Shown here: in pieces, positions 53,862 to 64,000 of the stretch | How the letters are laid out: each line of letters begins with the position of its first letter | Numbering within the stretch: the stretch's first letter is position 1 | Source of the DNA: Octopus vulgaris | Taxonomy: Eukaryota | Direction: 5' to 3' | Assembly (NCBI GenBank): GCA_951406725.2 | Contig: OX597821.1 | Span: 12,028,001-12,092,000 of the forward strand | Length of the DNA stretch: 64,000 bases | Made by a program: the position numbers and the translations under genes | Notes under the pieces: model-generated | Told to the model about the DNA's origin: nothing | Database searches by the model: none | What the model saw: only the letters and a program-made list of their open reading frames with translations

Positions 53862-55547
53862 CCTTCTAATGATGATATATCTAGTGACATATGTAATTCG
53901 TTTCATAACAAAGGATGCTCAACTACCAATAACTCCAAGATATCTCATTACATCACCAAGAGCTCACGTCTACACAGGTAGATCAATTTTCAGCTTAGAC
54001 ACCTAACTCTCACTCCCCATAATATACGTACATACATACATATTTGCATGCATACTTATATGGATATATATATATATATATTTATAAATTCCAGGGTAGC
54101 AAAAAACATTTAGAAAAATCTTTTCTGCTACCAGTGGTCTAGCGAGAAGATAAAACTAGTCAATAGACTATATATCATTTATATATATGTGACAAATAGT
54201 AAATAATATATCTTGATACCAAAATATAAGTAATACTTTTTTTTACCAACAGCGTAATGTTTCTTGCACTCTTCTGGAATGTCACAGCACCACAGATATA
54301 ACAAAATTTGCCAGTGTGATTTATACCCTGCCCTCTTGGCATTTCAATATTTATTCTAATTAAAGATCTAATTAAATATTATAGGTGTTTTATTATGTTT
54401 TTTTTCTCTGAAAATCTGAAAATTAAGAAAAAATTACAATTATAAAAATACCTTAATATTAAAAAGCCCAACTACCATAAACTAGAAAACATTCTTTGAG
54501 AAACAGTTGCCTCTTTCGTGATCTACCCATAAAACTACTATAGAAAATGTTATTCTCATCTCTGTAGTCGATATAATGTTTATTTTTGTCGTACAATGTA
54601 ATAGACAGACAAGCACATAGATAGACAGACAAGCACATAGATAGACAGACAGACAGACAGATAGAGAGATAGAGAAATAGATATATATATATAGATAGAT
54701 AGATAAATAGATAGATATCAATATGTAAATATAGACAGTCAGAAAGATAGATAGACAGACAGGTAGGTAGATAGATAGAGTGAGTGAGAGAGAGAGACAA
54801 ACAGACTAGCAGTTAGACAGGCAGACAAACAGACAGACGGTGAGAACGAAAGACAAACAGAAAGAGCAAAAGATGAAATGAGAGACAGATAGAAGTGGAA
54901 TGCAAATAAGTTGAAACTAGGATGTTCCCTGGAAGAGGCAGACAAAAAATAAAAGCAAGGAGAGAAATGATGATGTGATTGGTAGAGGGGGGATGTTTTG
55001 TTGTGTCAATAAATCTAAAGTCACAATATTTATAATCCACCATATTGTGTTCACAACGATACCGATTATTTCTTTGTTTGAACAGATATTATGAAGTCAA
55101 GATGAAATATGTCTTCACCACTCAAGAAAAAATAGTTTAAATTTATTATATTCTAGTAGTTATGTCAAAATTTACATGCATGTATGTAAATTTGTTTGTA
55201 TGGGTGTATTTGTATGTAATTATGTATGTATGTATGTATGTATGTATGTATGTATGTATGTATGTATGTATATATGCATGTATGTATTTATGTAATTATG
55301 TATGTATGTATGTATGTATGCAGGTTATGTTGGTATGTGCTTGTGCGTGTGCTCACCACTTAAACAAAATATTTTAAATTTATATTCTAGTGGTTTATGT
55401 ATATATATATATTACGCATATATACGAAAATTCAAGCTTCGACGGACGTATATGGGCACACGCGAAGGACATACAAGGGCACACGCGAACGACAAAAGCA
55501 TACTACTACTACTACCACTAATACTACTACTACTACTGCTGCTGCTG

Positions 55548-55629
<82 letters not shown>

Positions 55630-55659
55630 CAGCTCTAACTCTGCTGCTTGTACCACTGG

Positions 55660-55800
55660 AAATAAAATCGAACGAAGAGCTACAAAAGTATTGATATCAC
55701 GTAAGAAAAAAGAGTTTTTTGACGATATTTGCTGTGATAGTACAATGTTATATGAAGCTACATCCAAGATATGCAACCAAGAGGAGACTTAGTGATTGGA
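55660..55800 (+). mobile_element. Possible CR1-clade LINE 3' remnant
   Basis: The motifs IERRATK and, downstream in another frame, RGDL occur in the order typical of CR1 ORF2 C-termini. The match is short and degraded. Confidence 0.35.
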
Positions 55801-55883
55801 AATACGAATTCGCATCCCAGGCACGGTAGAAAGGTTGATATCAAAGGCAAACACATTACTTTTACAAAAAAAATTTACGCTAG

Positions 55884-56292
55884 AGGCGACGAACTGCCAG
55901 AATCATTAGCGGTATTCCGTCTGCTTTTACGTTCTGAATTCAAATTCCGCCGAGGTCGACTTTACCTTTCATCCTTTCGGGGGTCGATAAATTAAGTACC
56001 AGTAACGCACTGAGGTCGATGTATTCGACCTAATCCCTTTGTCTGCCCTTGTTTGTCCCCTCTATTTTTAGCCCCTTGTTGACAATAAAGAGATGAGAAA
56101 CGTCAACAAGCCGTGCTAAATGCTTTGCAGTATTTCGCCCGTCTTTACGTTCTCAGACCAAATTCCACTGAGATCGACACTGCCTTTCATCCTTTTGGGA
56201 TCGATAAATTAAGTACCAGTTTCGTACTGAGGTCGATCTAATCCACTTGCCCCCTCCCCAAAATTTCGGGCCTTGAGCCTAGGGTAGAAAAT
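55884..56292 (+). mobile_element. Two tandem SINE family A copies
   Basis: Two consecutive cores 'aaattccgccgaggtcgactttacctttcatcctttcggggg' and 'aaattccactgagatcgacactgcctttcatccttttggga'. Confidence 0.88.
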
Positions 56293-56544
56293 AAAATATA
56301 TCTAACCCAACAATAGAGTAGGTTAGCAGAAGATATGATTTTATGGGCGCCATATTGATAGTCGGGAAGAACAGTTAAGGCTTTTCGATGCTGCAGAAAG
56401 TTGCTATCTGTATTCGCTACCTTTCAGGTATTTAAAGTAAGTATAAATCGATAGTTATCGAGGTCAGAACGATCTCCTTCCATGGGAAAGCGACGTATTG
56501 TAGCGTGTTTCTAAACTCCAATATACATAGATACATATACATAC

Positions 56545-56619
<75 letters not shown>

Positions 56620-56624
<5 letters not shown>

Positions 56625-57756
56625 TAAAAATTTTTGTAACGTTTAATAAAAAAAATATCAACTAATTAATCAATAATATATTCCCACTTTTTCGACTCGA
56701 AAAATTGATCCAACCGAGCTCTCAATTCTGCATCAGTATTGAACAAAACACTCCGCACATAGCATTCGAAAGAGATCGAAAGAGGTGGAAATCCGTTGGT
56801 GCCACATCAGGAGAGTACGGCCAGTGTGGCAGCACTTCCCAGCCATGTGGTTCAATGGCTTCCTTGGTCATATTGCCGATATGAATGCGGGCGTTGTCGT
56901 ACGGCAGAAGAATCCCATGCTGCCGATTAGGTCTTTTCTCTTGAATAGCCGTGTGGAGTTGTTCCATCTGCTGAACATAGAATTCCGCGTTGACCGTTTG
57001 TTTCCGTTCAAGCAATTCGTAATGGATAATCCCTTCCCAGTCCCACTCTACGCACAACATCATTTTAGGCAGATGAAGATGGCGTTTCACGCGCGGTGTC
57101 GCTTGTTTACCGGAGCTAAGCCGTTCCTCATGCTGTTTCATATTGATGTGCATGCACCATTTGTCGTCGCCAGTAACGATTCGGTAAAGCAAACGTTGCT
57201 TGTGTCCATGAGTTCAGCGGTCACGAGCAAGCAAACCAGCGGAGATTGTGGCTCGTTGAGTTTTGTTGTTGTCCCTTAAAGCATGCGGAACCTGTGCTCC
57301 ATACTTCTGAACCATTCCCATCGAGTGAGGATACGTCTCCGTAGCAGTGTAGGAACATTCCATTTTTTCTGTCAGTTCCCTTGTCGTTTGATGAGAATTT
57401 TCGAGCAAAAGTTGGTTTAGTCACTCTTCCTGGAACTCAAGTGGACGGCCAGAACGAGGTGCGTCTTTGAGGTCAAAATTTCCATGTTTGAACTTTGCAT
57501 ACCAATCACAAGCAGTTCTTTCAGATATGGCACCCTTTCCATACACAGCACAAATGTCGCGAGCAGCTTTTGCAGACTTAGAACTTAAAAGCAAAAAGAA
57601 GGAGGTGTCGAAAATGCTCGTTTTTCTTAACTTGACATTCCAACTTAATGATCTGAAAATAAACAAAAATTAGCTAAAATTATCTAGAAGAAAAAAACAA
57701 AAAGCAAAAAAAGATTCCAAAATAAAAAAAAAACGGGGGGAATTTAGTTGCCAATC

Positions 57757-57759
<3 letters not shown>
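56620..57759 (-). mobile_element. Near full-length mariner (DD34D) transposase pseudogene
   Basis: ECQVKKNEHFRHLLLFAF, WYAKFKHGNFDLKDAPRSGRP, IVTGDDKW, YDNARIH and PYSPDVAPTDFHLFRSL, with several frameshifts. Right TIR 'ttggattggcaactaaatt'; left TIR not seen. Flanked by (TA)n on both sides. Confidence 0.93.
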
Positions 57760-57817
<58 letters not shown>

Positions 57818-60289
57818 CATATATATATATACATACATACATATATATGCATACATACATATATATATACATACATATATATATACATATATATAGATAA
57901 AGATATATATACACCTATGTAGATACATACACATACATATTTGTATAGATAGATAGATATCCATACGTAATCGCACAACAACATATGCGTGTGTTCTTGA
58001 CGCCATAAGAATATTATAACCGTTTTAGAGAACGAGAAATATATATTTTAATGATATAGCACGTGCACTATTCGAAGTTTTTTTTCTCTAAAAGTATTTT
58101 TCAACTTCACATTCACATGCTATTCTTTACAGATATATATCAAATGCTTCGAGAACCATTATTATAAAAATAAATTACATCACTCTCTCCCGAAATTCTT
58201 AAGAGATCAGCAGCATATAATTCTCGCAGGTATGATCTAAGTTTCTAAAATATACAGAAAAATATTTGGAAGTTTCCTGTGGTGCAATGGTAGCGATGAA
58301 GTATGTGAATTCCTGTTCCCCCTGCAGTTTTAAACTTTTTTTTACCAAAAGGGTTTTTCAAACCAACTTTTGCATGGTATTATTTATAAGACCATGTCAC
58401 ATACTTCCAGTACCATTATTCGAAAAGCGATTTATATATTAGAAATATTATCATTTCTAAATGTCTCCAAGAGGTATATACAGTAACGGTACCATAAAGT
58501 AATGATGTTTTATCAAGAATACGTAGTAGTCCCCCAGGTTGAGACGAATATATACTTTTCAATGTGACACACCGTTACTGATCTACAATATACAAATATT
58601 ATTATTTCTAAATCTCTCAAAGAGAGATATACAGTAACACCACTTTGAAATCTGTATATTTTAGGCAGCAGATCAGAAGCGAATAATCAAACTAATGCAC
58701 TCTGATAAAGGGCAATAATCCAGAAACCGATTCGCAGATGCGAAGATGTGGGTGGAGGTGCTGATCTCACCTGTTCGGAAATATAAGGATACAGAACCTT
58801 TGTATCGTACAATCAGTTGGAAATGATGTTTCTTGGGGCTAAATAACATCCGTCCCATCCTGGAACTGCCACATTATCTTGACAAAATGTAATTGATTTA
58901 TATATTTCCAATCTTGAACTTATGGTTCCTCCAAAACCTCAGGTACAGCTGTAAAGAATAGCACATAAATTGAATTTCACACACATGTGTATGTGTGTAT
59001 TTTCATGAATGTATGCAAACACAAACCTGGAGTCATGTCAAAGAAGGTATGGATATATTTAAAGGATTTCTAGCATAAACAGACGTACATTTGACAGGAC
59101 ATACTGAAAGTAATACTGTCGTCCGAACAATGAACATTAATATATGTCTCTCATTGTAAGCGGTTTTAAACAGTGAAACATTCGTAAATTGTCGCGGATA
59201 CGTTTACGAATAGAAAAACGACAATAAAATAATATGAGAGAAAAGAGATGACAGTAGTAGCGATGGAACTACTTGTTACTATCAGCAATGCAATTTAGAT
59301 TTTAAAATATCAGCAACAATGCCATTGATCTTAGGAATATCAAGTTAAGATCAACCTTCCTGCAGCGATTAACGTCTACTCTCTGGTGTCTACTAAATAA
59401 ATTTTACCCACTCAGTGTGCTAAAATTGTACAATTGTATAACATAATTTACTTTCTGCTTCAATCCGGTAGCGTCAGTGATTTTTTTATTTGCCTGATTA
59501 TTTTATATTTTCTCTGCATTTAACAACGGTAATTTATTGAATGGTGGCTGGAAACAAACTGTTTTCTCCGGAACTGTAATATAGATGCGACATTTAATGG
59601 AAGATGGCGATGTAGTATAAAACCACAGACAAAGGTAATACCCGTGTGGTTATTGAAGAATTTAAAATATTAATAATCATGAATGTATTTGAATTGTTGC
59701 AATAAACGAGAAGTTTTAGTAGATTTACTGGCATACGTGTCGCTGTAAAGTTACAACTGAACGGAAGGAAAACAGAAAACAAAACTAAGATATTGTAGGC
59801 ATATGACGCAAAAGACTAAAAACTTATTGCAAACTTCAAGTTGAAACCCACAAGAACAAAAGCTCCCATACAGATATGTACAGACAGTTGCACACAAAAA
59901 CAGATAGAGTTCGTCTGTTGTCTTCCTTCCTTCTTCAACTCTCCACCCTTCTATCTATCGAAATATCTGGCACAGTACTGGGAGTCAAACGTCAAAGAAA
60001 CGTTCCAATTTATTAATGATATAGTGAACTAGTAATTAATGACACCTCTTAATTTAAATTCGTTGTTGGTATTTTCTGTCGTAAAATTATATATATGTAT
60101 GTGTATACACACGCACACACATATATATGTATACACATATATATACATAAAAATTTATATTATATATATATATACAGACAGAGAGAGAGAGAGAGAAAGA
60201 GAAAGAGAGAGAGAGATACACAACCACACATACACAAATACACACACACTCACGCACATACACACACAATCACATATATATCTATAAAT

Positions 60290-60455
60290 AGCTTTGTGGA
60301 GTAGTGATTTGCTTGTTGCACCTATCGTAAGATTGTGGTTTCGATTCATGGGCCGCAAATTGTGTTGCGTTTTTGAACACAACGCGGAACTATAGAGCAT
60401 TCAGGCGGCAGAAATGTGTATTCCTGTGACGGACTAGAGATACATCCGGGAGGGG
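60290..60455 (+). mobile_element. Highly degenerate SINE related to the 5164-5403 type
   Basis: B-box-like 'ggtttcgattc' and a 3' motif 'cctgtgacggactagagatacatccggg' similar to 'gcgatggactggcgtcccgtccag'. Confidence 0.45.
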
Positions 60456-60984
60456 ATTACATAAGGCAAAGAGTCTGGGGGAAACTGGACTTTCAAGCCT
60501 ATATCTTGGAAAGGATTTTACATTCATTTGCTACCCACACATACATACATTGCATTCGTACACACACATACACACACAGAATACATATGTATATGTGTGT
60601 GTGAGTGTATGCGTGTGTGTGCGTGTGATTCTATGGTTTTGTATATGTGACTATGTTTATGTATGTGTGTGTGTCTGTGTTTGTGTGTTTGTGTTGACAC
60701 ACATCGCCAGTGTACTTTATAGTAATCTTCTGTAAGCGATTGGAACATTTTATAAAATAACTTAGTATTTGGCAAGAACCTCAAAGAAAGAGTAAGGGAA
60801 AAAGTAAAAAAGAGTTAAGACGCCAAACCTCGCAGTTCCTGCTCCGGGAAATTGAGGAGGATTTATAATGCCACAAACAGAAAAATATGTTGAGAATATA
60901 CTTGCCATGTAAGAGCTAGGTAATATTTATACTGGAATTTATAGAGAATACCGTCAAGAGGGAATAGTATCTTGCAAAGATATA

Positions 60985-61105
60985 TACAAATATGAATGCC
61001 GAAATGTTGATTGTAAAGTCAACTTAGGCGGGATTTGAACTCAGAACAGACGAAATTCCGCTAAGTTGAATGACGTACTAATGATTTGGCCAGCTCGTTC
61101 CCCTT
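60985..61105 (-). mobile_element. Degenerate SINE family A, 5' part
   Basis: 'aaagtcaacttaggcgggatttgaactcagaac...ggccagctcg'. Confidence 0.65.
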
Positions 61106-61152
61106 TCATGTCGTTGTTAATATTATTATTGCATGTAGCAATGTTTCTCCCT

Positions 61153-61185
<33 letters not shown>

Positions 61186-61889
61186 ATGATTAATGATGAT
61201 GTTTAGGATCGATTTCACTAACATTTCTCTGCCAAAATAATGTGGAGATAGCACGAGGGGTCCAGGTCATCTGAAATAATAATAGCAACAATAAAATAAA
61301 TACAAATATCCGGAGCTTGATAAACTGTTGGGCGAAAGCGGCGCCTACATTTCTCTGCTGCGAACCAAAAAGAAAAGAAGCTAAATATGGAGCATTGTCT
61401 CCCTATTTCTCGGTTTGACACCTACAAACATACACAAACATGAAGGAACGCACGCACGCACGCAAACCCCAAACCACACACGTAAATAATCATTCACACA
61501 CGCACACGAAAACGAAGAGAAAAGTGGGGAGTTGCTATATTAATAATGTATCGAATGCGTGAATTATAGCGCTATCAGTGACAACAATCTCAGGAAAAAT
61601 TATTTCACTCATCATATAGTATGTTCTTAAAATGAAGATCGACTTTCACTCCTTGTGTGAAGCTTGATGTATGAGTAAATATAAGAACACTATAGAAACA
61701 AGATAGGGTTTCAAATATAGCTAGATTTCTTTATACACCCTCTACTAAATATGGTTATAATAATTTAACTAGCATTTTATTATATTTTTCTGCATGCGGC
61801 GTCTAAGAGCAATCGATTTTAGTAAACTTAGTATATTCGAAATACCAACAAATATATACATTCTGGCGTGTTTCTATAAATATTTCTTT

Positions 61890-62035
61890 ATTTCCTGAGT
61901 TCAAATGTCGATGCGGTTCACTTTACTGTTGATTCTTCCGTGATTGATAAAATAAGTACCAGTTGACCACTCGGGTCGATGTAATCGGGTTCCTCCTTCT
62001 TAACAGTTGCTAAGTCTTTTGCCAAAATTGGAATA
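61890..62035 (+). mobile_element. Degenerate SINE family A
   Basis: 'ctgagttcaaatgtcgatgcggttcacttt...gataaaataagtaccagttgaccactcgggtcgatgtaatcg'. Confidence 0.65.
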
Positions 62036-62160
62036 TTTCTATAGTTCTTGTTATTTTTGTACTTCAGCCTCAGTTCAGAATAACTGACTGAAACCGCCAC
62101 TGATCACATTGTTTCCAGCTATGACCATCTCGCGCTTCCCTCTTGTAATTATGTAGTAAT

Positions 62161-62660
62161 TTTCTTCTTCTTCTTCTTCTTCTTCTTCTTCTTCTTCTTC
62201 TTCTTCTTCTTCTTCTTCTTCTTCTTCTTCTTCTTCTTCTTCTTCTTCTTTTCTTTCTTTCTTCTTCTTCTTCTTCTTTTTCTTCTTCTTCTTCTTCTTC
62301 TTCTACTTCTTCTTTTTTCTTCTTCTTCTTCTTCTTCTACTTCTTCTTTTTTCTTCTTCTTCTTCTACTTCTTCTTCTCTTCTTCTTCTTCTTCTTCTTC
62401 TTCTTCTTTTTTCTTCTTCGTCTTCATTCCTCGGGGAACATAGGGTTGCAACAACATCCATCGAAAGGTTTTTTGGGCGGGGATCCCTTTCACATCGGCC
62501 CACGTCATTCCGGCTGCCTACACCTCTGCGTCGACACTCCTGCGCCAAAACTCTTTCGGTCTTGGGCGTCAGAAGAGTTATCGGCGCGCTGGCTTCTCGA
62601 AGGCTTTCACCAGCTCGCATCATACGCTCTACCGGAGAGGACTGTTTCTCGACCACGTCG
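62161..62660 (-). mobile_element. RTE-clade LINE 3' end with a (GAA)n tail
   Basis: The minus strand gives RPKEFWRRSVDAEV*AAGMTWADVK and VVATLCSPRNED, typical of RTE C-termini, running directly into ~260 bp of (GAA)n (62161-62420). Confidence 0.8.
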
Positions 62661-62789
62661 GCTGGGAGTGCCGTTTCGGTCCCTGTAACAGGTATGCTTT
62701 TATTTTTTTACTAGAGCTGATTGTTAGTGCAATGGTAAACCCCAAAACCCGGAAGGCCAAACTTACTGATATATAATTCATTGTAATAT

Positions 62790-62985
62790 AGCCACAAGGC
62801 CAGAAATCTTGGGAGACGGGCTCAAGTTGCTTTCGTCGACACCAGAGCAGAGATGCTACTTATTTTACTGGTTCCATAATAATGAAAGACAAAGCCGGTG
62901 ACGGTGGAGCTTAAATTCTGATTGCAAACTATTTTAACTATTCTATCCGGCGTTGCTAACGATTCTTCTTGCTCGTCAACTTACT
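62790..62985 (-). mobile_element. Degenerate SINE family A
   Basis: 'tacttattttact...atgaaagacaaagccggtgacggtggagcttaaattc...ccggcgttgctaacgattct...gctcgtc'. Confidence 0.5.
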
Positions 62986-63775
62986 GATATCTAAATTGCA
63001 TACTTACAGAGTAGTTAAGATTATGCTCTGCCAAAAATACGCCACCCGAGATTTTTAAAAGAATCTGGAATATATTAGATAATGATAAATATTGATTGAA
63101 GTCATTGATTATTGGTACCAATGCCAACACAATGAGGATTATTATTGTTCAGCTGAGATATATCCCCATTATCAGCATTACTAATACGATTCATAACATA
63201 TATGACCACCACCATCGTTTTTCTACCACCACCACAATTATTACTATCACAACCTTCACCATCATAACCGCCACCTATTCCAATAACACCAATATCGTCA
63301 TGCTCGACCAACTCAATTTACCACTACCATTCCCATTTCCAAAAACATCACTACTGCCGCCAAAATCTGTGATATTTTAACACCACCACCACCACAGCAA
63401 CAACCACTACCACCACCTACGGTTCCAACACTACCATCAATATCACCATAATTACGAACAGTAGCGTAAAGTCAAACACTACCTCCATAACACTACGCAC
63501 CAATACCAACGCACATCACAACTAATAGCACCATCACCATCACCATCAACATCACCGCCATCTTCACATCTACATGTGATGTTTCGCAGGATCAGCAACA
63601 CTGAAACATGATATAAGGAGGCAAGAGAAAGTAATTCGTCAAGATATTTTTCTGCCCCCCCCTCTCCATCCTTCATTCATTTCATGTCTGTCTTCCTTTC
63701 TCTTTGCACCCTTCTCAATTATCGAATTATGCAGACAAGCACACCAAACAGTGGGTAAATACATATACATGCATG

Positions 63776-63849
<74 letters not shown>

Positions 63850-64000
63850 ATGCATACATATACATTTTTATATATGTTTGTACATATGAATATATATGTG
63901 TGTATATATAAACACATACACATACATGTTTGTGTATATATATGTATACATATATTCATAAACACACTGATAGAACCCTAAACAGATACACATATACATT

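Noticed and set aside
58445-58643. Diverged ~45-bp direct repeat about 150 bp apart
   Set aside because: Only two copies and no associated structure; likely an old local duplication and not a CRISPR-like array.

Overview
AT-rich eukaryotic intergenic or intronic DNA with no supportable host protein-coding gene. Almost all ORFs in the supplied track are microsatellite translation artefacts. The repeat content (tRNA-derived SINE families, dense (TA)n/(CA)n/(GATA)n/(TATG)n/(TAA)n tracts, TTAGGG repeats) resembles an octopus or other coleoid cephalopod genome; this is an inference from repeat style. Recognisable elements: at least four SINE families in many copies, four mariner remnants, a rosa/maT-like Tc1 derivative, a non-autonomous Helitron, R4/Dong-type RLE retrotransposon remnants in (TAA)n, an RTE 3' end with a (GAA)n tail, and an interstitial telomere-like tract. 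The most interesting signal is a set of small non-coding, Penelope/retrozyme-like elements at (TA)n tracts that carry hammerhead ribozyme motifs. These are a fully canonical type I hammerhead (39929-39996), a near-canonical one next to a ~120-bp inverted repeat (13495-13580), a minimal variant (28674-28711), and a candidate non-circularly permuted (pseudoknotted) hammerhead (35697-35756) inside a 766-bp unit with 165-bp terminal redundancy. A second notable system is a ~557-bp (TAA)n-embedded non-autonomous element whose 5' part is fused to a truncated R4/Dong element at a CATG microhomology.
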